Program-made: the position numbers and the translations under genes
The notes under the pieces: model-generated
Seen by the model: only the letters and a program-made list of their open reading frames with translations
Databases searched by the model: none
What the model was told of the DNA's origin: nothing
Shown: piece by piece, positions 41,463 through 51,889 of the stretch
How positions within the stretch are numbered: position 1 is the first letter of the stretch
Layout of the letters: each line of letters opens with the position of its first letter
Assembly (NCBI GenBank): GCA_965262915.1
Contig: OZ253564.1
Coordinates: 512,001-576,000 of the forward strand
Length of the DNA: 64,000 bases
Source: Candidatus Spongiisociaceae bacterium
GTDB taxonomy: Bacteria; Actinomycetota; Acidimicrobiia; Spongiisociales; Spongiisociaceae
Reading direction: 5' to 3'

Positions 41463-42701
41463 TCATTCGATGATGGCGAGTTCCCTGGTGTTGGAGGTGA
41501 GTACCTCGGCGCCGTCTTCGGTGACCGTTACCGTCTCGCTCACTCCGACGCCTGCGAAGCCGACGTGGCGGGCCATGGCGCGTACGTGGAATGTGTGGCC
41601 GGGTTTGAGGGTCGCGTAGCTGGCGGGTCTCGGTGAGGGCAGGTATTGCTCGGTGGCGATCTGCAGTCCGGGGCAGTCTCCCCACCCGGCCGGGAAGCTG
41701 AGCCCCATCGAGTAACCGCGGTTGCCGTCCACGTATACCCCTTCGGGGAGTGAGAACAGCCGCTGGGAGGCCTCCTCGGCCAATGGCGTGACCTCGGCGC
41801 CGGGTCGCATGAGCCGGATGGTGTTCTCCACGGCGTCCTTGCACGCCTCCCACATCTCCACCCACAGCGGGTTGTTGGGCTGTCCCAGGAAGCCGGCCCG
41901 GATCATCGGTGACGTGTAGCGGTTCACGCAGGCCCCGAACTCCATGAGGATCGCCTCGCCCGGTTCGATCGGTTTGCGGCGGAAGGTGGTGTGGGGGATA
42001 CCCGAACGCCTGCCCACCGTCACGATGGGTTGCAGGCCCATCCGCTCGCTCCCGCCGCCGATGATGGCGTCGTAACCGGCGTTGGCTATGTCGTTGTCGA
42101 TGGCGCCGGGGCGGATGGCTTCGCGGGCCGCCTCCATGCCGAGCACCGTCAGGCGACCGGCCCGGCGGTGCTGCTCGATCTCGGCGGGGCTCTTCTGCGA
42201 GCGAGCCTCCTCGAGAACGTTGCGCATGGGTACCCACTCCGCATCGATGGCGTCCGAGACGCCCTCGAAAACGTCGACCGCGGCCCGGTTGTAGTCCCAG
42301 CCGAGCCTCTTGCCGGACAGCCCGCGGTCCTTGGCCAGGTCGATCAGGCCGCCGGTGGTGTTGGCGGCCCAGGGGAAGGTGACCACGTCCTCGACCCACG
42401 ACGAGGTCAGGGTATTGAAAGCCTCGAAGTCGTCGATCATCAGCGTCGGTTCGCCCTCGGCCGGGATGACCAGGGCGGCCGGCGCCCCGGCGGCCAGGGT
42501 CTCGTATCCCGTTATCCAGCAGATGGGCGGCAGGTAGGTGCTGAACAGGTAGTCGAGGCCCGCGTCGGTCACCATCTGCTGGACCTTGCGGTAGCGGCCC
42601 CGGTACTCCTCGAGCGGGAAGGTCAAGCGGAGCAGGTCCCCGCGGATGGCGTCGACATGGGCCGGAGGCTCGAACACCTTGTAGCGCTTGCTATCCCCCA
42701 C
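41463..42701 (-). CDS. M24 family (Xaa-Pro peptidase/creatinase-like) hydrolase
   Basis: RBS GGAGG; KSPAEI, PH, YTSPMIR, GYSMG, GVSETV. Confidence 0.85.
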   Translation of the reverse strand: MGDSKRYKVFEPPAHVDAIRGDLLRLTFPLEEYRGRYRKVQQMVTDAGLDYLFSTYLPPICWITGYETLAAGAPAALVIPAEGEPTLMIDDFEAFNTLTSSWVEDVVTFPWAANTTGGLIDLAKDRGLSGKRLGWDYNRAAVDVFEGVSDAIDAEWVPMRNVLEEARSQKSPAEIEQHRRAGRLTVLGMEAAREAIRPGAIDNDIANAGYDAIIGGGSERMGLQPIVTVGRRSGIPHTTFRRKPIEPGEAILMEFGACVNRYTSPMIRAGFLGQPNNPLWVEMWEACKDAVENTIRLMRPGAEVTPLAEEASQRLFSLPEGVYVDGNRGYSMGLSFPAGWGDCPGLQIATEQYLPSPRPASYATLKPGHTFHVRAMARHVGFAGVGVSETVTVTEDGAEVLTSNTRELAIIE

Positions 42702-42944
42702 GACCGAACCTCCTCTCTGGAACGCGGCCGACTGTAACAGGGGGAGGATGCGGGCATCGGAGCGAACGTAACGGCGGCATGACCGTAGGAGGGTGCTGAG
42801 CAATCCATCCGCGGCCCACCACTCAACTCTTGAATGCCTGGTCGGCGAGTGGTGGGCCCTGGCAATCGTCACTGTTCAGCACCCTCCTAACCTGTTGGAC
42901 CGAGCGTTGATGTAGCCGGGTGGTCCGTCGAGGGAGGAGTCCGG

Positions 42945-43478
42945 ATGGCTGAGTACGTGGAACTGCTCGAGTTCCTGAGGAGCGAGGGAACCGCCGAGGT
43001 CCAACATTCCAAGGTCGACTTCATGGCCCACCTGGTCGGCGTACATCAGGTTCTTGTCTCGTGGCAATGCTCCGAAGCGGTGTGCTTGGGAGGCCTGTTC
43101 CACTCGATCTATGGAGCGGAGGGTTTCAGCGACGGAGCGCTCGATCTCCGGCGCCGGCCGGAGATTCGAACTCTCATCGGAACCGCAGCCGAGCACCTCG
43201 CTTTCGTGAACAGCTCGATGACTTACGACTCCTTCGACGCGACCCTACGAGAAGGTCCGCCTCACCGCGTGGTCAATCGGTTCACCGGTGCGCCCATCGA
43301 GTTGACCGACCAGGAATTCGCCGATCTCTCCCGGATACAACTTGCGGACTGGCTCGAACAGGTCGAGCGTTTCCCGGACAACTGGGACTATCGACGGCAG
43401 GTCTACCGCACCATCGCAGAACGCATCGGAGGCCGGGCATCGGCTACCTACGAAGAGGTCTTCTCCCGCGAGCCCTGA
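42945..43478 (+). CDS. DUF6817-like HD-related protein
   Basis: HS..FMAHLVGV..GLFHSIYG..LIG..AE. Confidence 0.75.
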   Translation: MAEYVELLEFLRSEGTAEVQHSKVDFMAHLVGVHQVLVSWQCSEAVCLGGLFHSIYGAEGFSDGALDLRRRPEIRTLIGTAAEHLAFVNSSMTYDSFDATLREGPPHRVVNRFTGAPIELTDQEFADLSRIQLADWLEQVERFPDNWDYRRQVYRTIAERIGGRASATYEEVFSREP

Positions 43479-43502
43479 CGGCCGGCCTTCCGGGTGGAAC
43501 CC

Positions 43503-44330
43503 CTACCCCGCAGCTGGCAGGGATCTCCAATGAGCGTTGATGTCCTCCCCGTTTGCGATCCAAGCGTCCATCTCCCGGGCGTGCATGATGGTGCGCCGTA
43601 GCGTGTCGATCCGGTACGGACGGCCCGTGACCTGGGGATGGTTGACGAGGGTGAACAACCCGCCCACCTCCCGGATGCCTTCAAGTTCGGACGACCACAG
43701 CGACACGACGTGGTCGTTGGTCATGACCGGATTGACGTGCGGCGCCGGGTACGCATTGGGCGAAACCATGGCGAATCCCCAGTCGTCGGCTACCCAGTGC
43801 ATCGGGAGTTCGAGAAGTGACAGGCCCTCGAGATCATGAAAGTACGGAATGACAGAGTCCATGTGGTGCGACGTGTACTCGACGCCTCGCTCGGCCAGTA
43901 CACGGTTGGTTACCGGGCTGATCTCCGCGACCGGGGCGCGGTGGCCGATGGGCGACCGGCCCGACATCTCGCTAAGGATGTGGATACTCCGCTCGACTAC
44001 CTCGACTTCCTCATCTTCCGACAGGAGATCCGGTCGCTCGTGCATGTGGCCGTGCAAACCGAGCTCGTGTCCCCCGGCGAGGATCGCTTCAACCGCTCCC
44101 GGATAGCGTTCGGCCACCCACGTGGGTACGAAGAAGGTGGACCTCACTTCGAGTTCGGCCAGCACATCGAGGATGCGGTAGACGCCAACCTTGGGGCCGT
44201 ATGCGGCCTGCGACATGGTGATCGGGAGATCGGCGTTCCGCCGGTCGACCGAGAGCAGCCACGACTCGCCGTCGAGGTCGAACGAGAAGAATGCGGCTAC
44301 GTTCCTGCCACCGGGCCATTTCGGGTCCAT
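43503..44330 (-). CDS. Polysaccharide deacetylase (PuuE-like)
   Basis: SFDLD, YGPKVG, TFFVP, GHELGLHGHMHE, RAP, DDW. Confidence 0.9.
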   Translation of the reverse strand: MDPKWPGGRNVAAFFSFDLDGESWLLSVDRRNADLPITMSQAAYGPKVGVYRILDVLAELEVRSTFFVPTWVAERYPGAVEAILAGGHELGLHGHMHERPDLLSEDEEVEVVERSIHILSEMSGRSPIGHRAPVAEISPVTNRVLAERGVEYTSHHMDSVIPYFHDLEGLSLLELPMHWVADDWGFAMVSPNAYPAPHVNPVMTNDHVVSLWSSELEGIREVGGLFTLVNHPQVTGRPYRIDTLRRTIMHAREMDAWIANGEDINAHWRSLPAAG

Positions 44331-44358
44331 CGTGTTCCTCCTTCGCAATACTGGGTTG

Positions 44359-45465
44359 TCACGGGGCTCTGACGGTCAACAAGCGGCGCGGGTTCGCTAC
44401 CAGCAGCTTGTCGATTACATGCTCCGGGACACCGAAGACATCCCGGAACCTGGGCATCACCCTCCGGATCACATGGTCGTAGCCCATCCCGCCGAAGGAC
44501 TTGAGCATGCACTTCATGCAGATGTCCTGGCCGACGACCAGCTGGTCCTCGAATCCGGCGTCGATTAGTCGTGCCAGCATCTCGAGGCGTTGCAAGTCGC
44601 TCTTGGCCTTCCATTCGGCCGTGAAGTAGAAGTCCTGGCCGAAGCTGTCGAATCCCAGGGTCGCGCCTGTTTCGAGAACAGCCGAGAGGTACCGGACGTC
44701 GTCGATCTCGTCGAGGTGTGACAGGTAGACCCGGCGGAGATCGAGGCCGGCGTCCGACAGAGTGGCGAGGATGTCCAGTGCCACTGCCTGTTCGGGGGGA
44801 TGGGTGTGGATGTTGACGGCCAGACCGGTTGCGTCGGCGACCCGGGCGCCGGCAACGAGAACCCTCCGCTCCACCTCATCCAGTTGTTCCGATGTCCCCA
44901 ACTCACCGATGACACCAGGCCTGATGTCCGTACCGGAAAGGCCGTTATCCACCTCGTTGCGGAGGTACTCCTCGATGCGTTCGGTGGACATGTCCCTCAA
45001 CCACTCCGGGTGCGAGGGGGCGACGTAGAACCCGCACGCTGAAACGATGTGGAGATCGAGTTCTGTCGCGACGCGCTGCAGTAGCAGGGGCTCGGGTTTC
45101 AGCCCCACGTTGGTGACATCGACGATGCAACTGCCACCGCCTGCCTTGAAGTCACCCAACTCTCCGGTGATCGTTTCGTAGTCATCCGGACTCAGCAGGA
45201 GGTTGTCGCGGATTGCGAACGTGTTCCAACGGGCAATCCCACCCAAGCGCGGCTCCATCGGGCGCGACCCCAAATCCGGCTGGCTCGATGGGTCCGGCCG
45301 GAACCATGCTGTTGCCGCATCGACGAACACATGCTCGTGCATCGAGGTAGGCCCGAGACGTGCCGCATCCAACGGTCCGAGGACGGTCATGATCTGGCCT
45401 CCCTCGGGACCGTTCCGGCCACGCCCGTCACCCTCAGCACTAGGGATCCCGGATTCCGAGGTCAC
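44359..45465 (-). CDS. Phosphotriesterase-related amidohydrolase
   Basis: LGPTSMHEH, VDVT, GVIGE, IHT, SH, GQD, NPRRLL. Confidence 0.9.
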   Translation of the reverse strand: MTSESGIPSAEGDGRGRNGPEGGQIMTVLGPLDAARLGPTSMHEHVFVDAATAWFRPDPSSQPDLGSRPMEPRLGGIARWNTFAIRDNLLLSPDDYETITGELGDFKAGGGSCIVDVTNVGLKPEPLLLQRVATELDLHIVSACGFYVAPSHPEWLRDMSTERIEEYLRNEVDNGLSGTDIRPGVIGELGTSEQLDEVERRVLVAGARVADATGLAVNIHTHPPEQAVALDILATLSDAGLDLRRVYLSHLDEIDDVRYLSAVLETGATLGFDSFGQDFYFTAEWKAKSDLQRLEMLARLIDAGFEDQLVVGQDICMKCMLKSFGGMGYDHVIRRVMPRFRDVFGVPEHVIDKLLVANPRRLLTVRAP

Positions 45466-45767
45466 GGGCAGGAGTATACGATCGCCCGGAGGTCGACGAA
45501 GGTTCGGGTGGTAGCGACGGGGGTCTGCTCCTGGCCACGGGCGAGGTCCGAGCTTCGCCGACCACCATAGGTAGCGTATGGTCTACGTATGAAGAAGGTC
45601 CCGAAGGCGGAAGCAGCGGAGCGCGTAACCGAGACTTTCGAGACCGCGCCCGTCACCATCCCGGTCGTCGCCGCCAGCGACGACTTCACCCACCGATGGC
45701 AGCCGGGTGGTCGCCTTCTCGCCTGCCGGGCGGAGGGCGCCGCCGCCGCGCTCCCTTCTGACGGCTG

Positions 45768-46910
45768 ATGCCGCAACCACCCCCGGACGAGTTTCGCAAC
45801 CGCGTCATGCGGGCTCGATCAGCTATGGGCGATGCCGGCCTGGTCGGCTTGGTGGTCTCGACGCAGGCCAACTTCGTCTACTTCACCGGTCTCCGGTTCG
45901 ACCCGCTGTGGTCCTCGGCCACCAGGTCGATGATCGTGGTGATCCCGGCGGTGGGTCCTCTGCAGCTGTGCCTTCCGGCCTTCGTCGCCGATGAAGCCGA
46001 GGCGGCATGGGCCGACGCCGTGGTCCACCGATACGACGTACCGCCCCAGAGCGTGGTGCCGTACGTGATCGATGCGATCAGCGCCCTTCCGGCCGGCGCA
46101 ATCGGTTTCGAGTTGGGTAAGGAGGCCAGGACGGGAGTCACCCCCGTCGATTTCCGGGCCATTACCGGGAGTGTCGACGACCCCCGGGTCGTCGATGGCC
46201 AGGAAGTGCTCTGGTCGCTGCGGACGATCAAATCCCCCTACGAGATCGCCTGCCTACGGGCAGCGGGCCACGCCACAAGCGCAGCGTTTGCAGAGGCTCT
46301 GTCGGGGACCGTCAGCGGAGCCACCGAGCGTGAACTGGCCCGCCGCATCGCGTCGGCTGCGATCGGTGCGGGAGCCGACACCGTGGGCTGGATCTCCATG
46401 ACTTCGGGGTCCGGATCGTACGACCGGTTCGTCAGCGCGCCGCGCAACCGCGTCGTCCGGGAGGGGGACCTGGTCTGGGCCGATGTCGGCGTCCGTGTGG
46501 ACGGGTACTGGTCCGACTTCTGCCGCGCCGCGGTGGTCGGTGCCCCGAGCCCCCGGCAGTTGGAACTGCACGAGGCCGTGGTCGAGGCCACCAACGCCGG
46601 GATCGGAGTGGCCCGCGCCGGTACCGCGGTTGCCGAAGTGGCCGCCGCGGTGCGGGATCGGTCGAACTCTTTGGGCCTCGCCTCGCTGGGGTTCGGACGG
46701 CTCGGCCACGGTATCGGCCTCGATGCCACCGAACCCCCCAGCATCGCCGAGTTCGACGAGACCGTCCTGGCACCGGGCATGGTGGTGACGGTCGAGCCGG
46801 CAGTCGTGGACGAGACCGGCCTCTATTGCGCCGAGCAGGTGCTCGCCATCACCGACGGCGCGCCCGAGGTGCTGTCGAGGGCTCCGACATGCCTGCGCAC
46901 GGTTCGATAA
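45768..46910 (+). CDS. M24 family Xaa-Pro peptidase
   Basis: IKSPYEI, D..GYWSD, GHGIGL..EPP, TVEP. Confidence 0.9.
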   Translation: MPQPPPDEFRNRVMRARSAMGDAGLVGLVVSTQANFVYFTGLRFDPLWSSATRSMIVVIPAVGPLQLCLPAFVADEAEAAWADAVVHRYDVPPQSVVPYVIDAISALPAGAIGFELGKEARTGVTPVDFRAITGSVDDPRVVDGQEVLWSLRTIKSPYEIACLRAAGHATSAAFAEALSGTVSGATERELARRIASAAIGAGADTVGWISMTSGSGSYDRFVSAPRNRVVREGDLVWADVGVRVDGYWSDFCRAAVVGAPSPRQLELHEAVVEATNAGIGVARAGTAVAEVAAAVRDRSNSLGLASLGFGRLGHGIGLDATEPPSIAEFDETVLAPGMVVTVEPAVVDETGLYCAEQVLAITDGAPEVLSRAPTCLRTVR

Positions 46911-46949
46911 CGCTGAGAGAAGGTGCCGTGATCGGTCGGCCTGGTCCCC

Positions 46950-47681
46950 TCAGGCCTGGTGGCTTTGCCATCCGATGCCGAGGAGCCGTTGGGAGACCAG
47001 GGGCGACCGCATACCGATCGATCCCAGGGCCGCCCACATCGTGACCTGGTTGGCGGTCAGCACCGGCATTCCTAGGTCGGCCTCGAGAGGGGCGATCAGA
47101 TCGATGGTCGGGACGCCCGTGCAGGCTAGAAAGACCGCCTCCGGACGGCCGGCCGTGGCCTGGCGCGCCAGGTCGATCACCGCGTCGTCGGCCACCGGGC
47201 CGATCACGTCGTGGAGTTCCATATTGGTGACGCCCGTCACGTGGTATCCGGCTTCGGTGAGGAAGGATCCGAGTCTTGCGCCGACCGACTCTGTGTAGGG
47301 CGTCCCGAGCCCGATCCGCTCGATTCCCAGCGCGGCGAGCGCATCGAGGAGCGCGCCGCTGGTGGTCTGGGCGACCGCAGCTCCCGCATCCTCCATCAGG
47401 GTCCGGATCCGGGATTCGCCGTCGAGACCGAGAACGAAGCTGCCGGACGTGCATGCAAAGCTGATGACGCCCGGGGCGATCTTGGTGAGGCTGCGGGCCG
47501 CGTAGGCGATCTCGGACGGTGAGGACACTCCCAGGATGAAGTCGAGATCGAGATCGCCGGCGTGGAAGCCGGTACGGGTCAGGTGAACGGTGGCTTCTTC
47601 GGGGAGGTAGCGGGGGTATTCCGCATCGAGTGTCAGATCGCACGGGACGATCAAGCCGATCCGCCCGCGGCTGGTTACCAC
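46950..47681 (-). CDS. Asp/Glu racemase superfamily (maleate isomerase/arylmalonate decarboxylase-like)
   Basis: IGLIVP, FACTSGSF, TPY, FLACT, PVLTANQ. Confidence 0.85.
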   Translation of the reverse strand: MVTSRGRIGLIVPCDLTLDAEYPRYLPEEATVHLTRTGFHAGDLDLDFILGVSSPSEIAYAARSLTKIAPGVISFACTSGSFVLGLDGESRIRTLMEDAGAAVAQTTSGALLDALAALGIERIGLGTPYTESVGARLGSFLTEAGYHVTGVTNMELHDVIGPVADDAVIDLARQATAGRPEAVFLACTGVPTIDLIAPLEADLGMPVLTANQVTMWAALGSIGMRSPLVSQRLLGIGWQSHQA

Positions 47682-48190
47682 CGCCGTATCCCCCGGCGTG
47701 CCCAAGTGATTCCGGCCGCGCTGCCCTCCGCTTGCCGTCCGGGATTCCTTGAGCGAGAGTTCGACAAGTCCGTGCCGGTGCTCTCCCTTACCTGGCCTTC
47801 CAGGCCCATGCCGGCTCCCGCGATCGCAGAACTGCATTGTAACTTTGGTCGGTGGTCGCCTCGGCAAGCTCCCCGGCCGGATCCAGTCGAGCCGGTGGCG
47901 GCTGTGCCCGCGGTCGTCCTCTGATGGCCCCCCGTCAATCGATCATTCCGAGCCACCTGCATGCCGAGACCGTCGGGCGACCCGCCCCGCAGAAACGCTC
48001 GATCGCCGCCGAGCTCCTCAGCGAGCGAGCCTGCTCCGGTATGCAACTCGGGAATCCAATCGGCGTCGACGGATTTCTGCAGGTATGGCAGGTGCGGCGC
48101 CCATTGACAGCGGGGGGTTGAACGACGATGATTCTGGTGTATATCGACAGGCCGACGGGGATTCGGTACTGATTCCGAGTGGAGGGCGAA

Positions 48191-49162
48191 ATGGATTGGG
48201 ACGCACGGAAAGCGGAGATATGCGGGCCTGCCTCGCTGGCGATGATTCCCTGGAACGACGACTTCAGCCCCGACCTCGGCGCCTTGGAGGACAACATCCG
48301 GTGGATGGTCGACGGGGGCCTGGTAACCGGTCGTGGCTTCGTCATCTCCCCGTCCGGGACAGGTGAGCTCGTCCACCTGAACAAGGAAGAGCACAGCCAG
48401 ATAGTCGAGGCGTCTGTCAAGGGTGCCGACGGGAAACTCCCGATCGTGGCCGGAGTGGGCTCCTGCAGCGTGTTCGAAGCGATCGAGATGACCCGAAACG
48501 CCCGTGAGGCCGGGGCCGGCCATGTGATGCTGACCCCGCCGTTCTACTACCGCCTTGACGACGACAGCTTCTACACCTTCATAGGCATGGTGGCGGAAGC
48601 GGTTCCGGACATGGCGATAATGCTGTACGACCAGCCCTGGCGCGGGAATCTGGCCACCAGCCTCACCACGACGTTGCTACAGCGCGTGACCGACATACCG
48701 AACGTCCTATCCCTCAAGTTCGGGGGTCCGGGCATATACGTCCAGATGATCAGCACTATCCCCATGTTCAAGGACCGGTACGCGTTCATCGACAACTCGC
48801 TGGGCTTTACCTCGTCGGTCGGCCACATCCACGGCAGTGCCAGCTTCATCTCGGGTCCGGCAAGTTGGTGGCCCGAGTTCGAGCTCGAGTACTGGGACCT
48901 GCTGGAGAAGGGCGACTATGGCGAGGCGGATCGCATGCACGCCCGGTTGGCGCCCTACATGCACTTCTTCATGGGAGAGGAGTTCACCACCGGCGAGCCG
49001 TACCCGTACTACTTCGGGGCCTCGGTCATCAAGGGGACCCTCGACTACGTAGGTCTGAAGGGCGGGGCTGTCCGGCCACCCTTCAGCGCTTTGGGTGACG
49101 ACGACAAGAAGCTCCTTTTCCGGATCCTCGACGACATCCCCTACGACGGCCGCCGCGTTTGA
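48191..49162 (+). CDS. Dihydrodipicolinate synthase family lyase
   Basis: GTGE, PIVAGVG, PPFYY, MLYD, PNVLSLK. Confidence 0.88.
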   Translation: MDWDARKAEICGPASLAMIPWNDDFSPDLGALEDNIRWMVDGGLVTGRGFVISPSGTGELVHLNKEEHSQIVEASVKGADGKLPIVAGVGSCSVFEAIEMTRNAREAGAGHVMLTPPFYYRLDDDSFYTFIGMVAEAVPDMAIMLYDQPWRGNLATSLTTTLLQRVTDIPNVLSLKFGGPGIYVQMISTIPMFKDRYAFIDNSLGFTSSVGHIHGSASFISGPASWWPEFELEYWDLLEKGDYGEADRMHARLAPYMHFFMGEEFTTGEPYPYYFGASVIKGTLDYVGLKGGAVRPPFSALGDDDKKLLFRILDDIPYDGRRV

Positions 49163-49202
49163 CCACACAGGCAGCCTGACAATTCAGAACGGTGGTTTGT
49201 GG

Positions 49203-49574
49203 TCAGGCTCTCATCAGCTTGACGCCATACTGGCTCAACGCCCGATCCCGGCTCACCAGCGTCAGGTCGCGCGCAAGAGCCTGCGCGACGAGCATCCTGT
49301 CGAAGGGATCGCGGTGATGTCGCGGCAGAGAACCGGCTGTGCGGGCATCTGAGATGGTGATATGAAGAGGCTCGAAGTCTTCGTAGACGATCGTGTAGAA
49401 TTCGTTACTGATAGTGAGCTTGCCGATGGTCTGCTTGATGCTGATCTCCCAGATGCTGGCCACGCTCACGTACACGAGATTGTCGGGATCCGCGATGACA
49501 TCCGCGGCTCCTGCAAAGAGACGATCCTTGTTGAACCACCACAACGCTGTGTGGGTGTCGAGCAGTAGGTTCAC
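49203..49574 (-). CDS. vapC: PIN domain toxin
   Basis: LLLDTH, SIWEI, HRDPFDRMLVAQA. Confidence 0.92.
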   Translation of the reverse strand: MNLLLDTHTALWWFNKDRLFAGAADVIADPDNLVYVSVASIWEISIKQTIGKLTISNEFYTIVYEDFEPLHITISDARTAGSLPRHHRDPFDRMLVAQALARDLTLVSRDRALSQYGVKLMRA

Positions 49575-49804
49575 TCCCGACCCTCGAAAGCGTCGAGCAG
49601 CCAGCCGGGCGTGGCATCGAAGTCCTCGGCCATGACGATCTTGCCGGCCAGCCTGCCCGGCACCCTTGGAGTCCGCTTCGCGACGAAGGGAACGAGGCGG
49701 GCGACGGGCTTGCCCGCCCGGCCTATCACGATCTCCTCACCGTTCAGAACCCGGTCGAGGAGCTTGGAGAGATGGGTCTTGGCTTCGTAAACGTTGACGA
49801 TCAT
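49571..49804 (-). CDS. Phd/YefM antitoxin
   Basis: VNVYEAKTHLSKLL..GEEIVI..GKPVARLVP. Confidence 0.9.
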   Translation of the reverse strand: MIVNVYEAKTHLSKLLDRVLNGEEIVIGRAGKPVARLVPFVAKRTPRVPGRLAGKIVMAEDFDATPGWLLDAFEGRE

Positions 49805-49816
49805 GCGGTTAATCTA

Positions 49817-49850
49817 TCTGACTAGACCAGACTTGACCAGATTCTGACCA
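49817..49850. promoter_or_regulatory. Probable TA operator repeats
   Basis: Three GACCAG direct repeats just upstream of the antitoxin start. Confidence 0.4.
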
Positions 49851-49909
49851 GGGGCACTGCCGGGCGTAGCGCTATTCGGGCTGCCGGTCGATTGGCCGAT
49901 CGGCCGGAG

Positions 49910-49971
49910 GTGGGCGATCCTCGGACCCGTCACGATCCCGCTCAGGCTCGGGTGGTGGTCGATAGCCGCGA
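49910..49971. repeat. 62-bp copy of an internal piece of the amidohydrolase gene (51431-51492)
   Basis: 60/62 identical by eye. Confidence 0.85.
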
Positions 49972-50062
49972 CCTGCGCGTCAAAGGGCTTCGGGTTAACC
50001 CCTTCGACACATGGAGCCATGTAGTTAGCTAGCCTAGCTAGGCTTGGGTCTGGGTACCGGAG

Positions 50063-50314
50063 GTGACAGTGATGCTGGTCAACATGCATGAGGCCAAGTC
50101 ACAGCTATCCAAGCTCGGAAGGCTGGCCTGGGAGGGCGAAGAGGTCGTGATCGCCCGCGCCGGCAAGCCCTACCTGCGTCTCACGCCGTATGACGAACCC
50201 GATCGCAAGCTCGGGCTCTTGGAGGGCAAGATATGGATTGCCGACGACTTCGATAAGACACCACAGGATATCATCGACTCCTTCTACGAGTCCGACCTGG
50301 ACGATTATCTTTGA
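50063..50314 (+). CDS. Phd/YefM antitoxin
   Basis: VNMHEAKSQLSKL..GEEVVIARAGKP. Confidence 0.9.
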   Translation: MTVMLVNMHEAKSQLSKLGRLAWEGEEVVIARAGKPYLRLTPYDEPDRKLGLLEGKIWIADDFDKTPQDIIDSFYESDLDDYL

Positions 50315-50691
50315 GACGCCTCTTACTCGACTCCCACGTCTTGCTGTGGGCGCTGTCGGACGTCCCGAGGTTGCGTGTGGACGCGCGGGACCTGATTGCC
50401 GACAGCAGCAACTACGTCGCGGTCAGTGCCGTCTCCGTATGGGAGCTGAGAATCAAGGCTGCCCAGGGCAAGCTGTCGGTTCCCGATACATTGGAGGAGG
50501 CGACCCGCCGGAGCGGCTTCGCGGAACTGCCGATTACGTTTGACCACGCCAAACGAGCCGCCGCCCTGCCTGCGGTCCATGGTGATCCCTTCGACCGGAT
50601 GCTCGTGGCGCAGGCGCAGATCGAGCAGTTCGAAATCGTCACGCGAGACCGTATCCTCGTCGAATACGGCGTCGGGGTGGTTGCGGCGTAA
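50311..50691 (+). CDS. vapC: PIN domain toxin
   Basis: LLLDSH, SVWEL, HGDPFDRMLVAQA. Confidence 0.92.
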   Translation: MRRLLLDSHVLLWALSDVPRLRVDARDLIADSSNYVAVSAVSVWELRIKAAQGKLSVPDTLEEATRRSGFAELPITFDHAKRAAALPAVHGDPFDRMLVAQAQIEQFEIVTRDRILVEYGVGVVAA

Positions 50692-50884
50692 CCTGGATCT
50701 GGAGGGCTTGCCCGAGGTTATGTACAGATGATCGCTTGACGCGTTACCGACGGTCGTCATACAGTGCCAGCATCTGCTCCCCGCCCGCTGGACAGTAAGC
50801 CAAGGCTCTGTCCCCGGGCGGGTGTTTCGTGATATGCGAACCCTCGTCCTCGATCGGAGGTCAAACCGGCGGGCCTCGGAATCT

Positions 50885-51889
50885 TCAGGTCAGCCGGAAG
50901 AGAGCGGAGGCGGTGCCTGCGAAGATCGATTTGCGGGTTACGTCGTCGATCGCACCCATTGCGCCCTCGGTGGCTTCGGCATCCTCGATGGAGAATGGGT
51001 GGTCGGTGCCAAACATGACCCGGTTGCTCCCGACCATGGCGATCGCTGCCTGGAACGGGCCGGCCGAGTAGGTGATGGCGTCGACGTACAGTCGGGCGAT
51101 CGATCTGGACGGTGGTTCCGGCAGTCTCGTACGGCCGATCTCGTCCGATCGCCAGGCGGCGTCGAGGCGTCCTACCAGCGCCGACAGGGTCCCACCACCG
51201 TGCGAGACGACGATCTTGAGATCCGGGTGGTTGAAGAGCACGCCACCGAACACGAGACGGCTTACCACCGCGGTGGTCTCCATCGGGAAACCAACCCCCA
51301 CGGGCAGGACATGTCCGTAGCCCTCGAGGAGGTCCAGACCGATACCGTCCTGGGGGTGCAGCAGCACCGGGAGATCCCGCGACTCGAGTTCGGCCCACAC
51401 CGGTTCCAGCTCCGGATCGTCCAGCCGACAGTGGGCGATCCTCGGACCCGTCACGATCCCGCGCAGGCTCGGGTGCTGGTCGATAGCCGCGATCTCCGCC
51501 AGCGCGTCCTCGACACTGGTTGCGGGAAGGGCTCCGAGACCCACCAGGCGCCCTTCGGTCATCTCCTCCAGAGCGCCTAGTTCGTCGTTGACCACCCGCG
51601 TGAGCTCGACCCCCTGCTGACCCTCGAACGGCTCCATCCAGGGGTTGCCGAGCGAGATGACTGAACGCGAGATCGCTTTGCGGTCCATGAAGCCGACCTT
51701 GCCGGCGATGGTCCACCACCCATCCTCGATGGGCCGACCTATGCGCGGATTGGCGTGCTCCTCCGGGAAGATCACGAACCGCCTGACCGCACCGTCCCTG
51801 TACACGCGAGGAATGTCTTGTCGTTGCTCCAAGGCGGTGAGGTAGGACTTCGGGTAGAAGTGGGTATGAACATCGATTCTCATACTCAT
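50885..51889 (-). CDS. Amidohydrolase-2 family (ACMSD-like) decarboxylase/hydrolase
   Basis: IDVHTH, LLHP, FPMETT, SHGGG, FGTDHPF. Confidence 0.9.
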   Translation of the reverse strand: MSMRIDVHTHFYPKSYLTALEQRQDIPRVYRDGAVRRFVIFPEEHANPRIGRPIEDGWWTIAGKVGFMDRKAISRSVISLGNPWMEPFEGQQGVELTRVVNDELGALEEMTEGRLVGLGALPATSVEDALAEIAAIDQHPSLRGIVTGPRIAHCRLDDPELEPVWAELESRDLPVLLHPQDGIGLDLLEGYGHVLPVGVGFPMETTAVVSRLVFGGVLFNHPDLKIVVSHGGGTLSALVGRLDAAWRSDEIGRTRLPEPPSRSIARLYVDAITYSAGPFQAAIAMVGSNRVMFGTDHPFSIEDAEATEGAMGAIDDVTRKSIFAGTASALFRLT

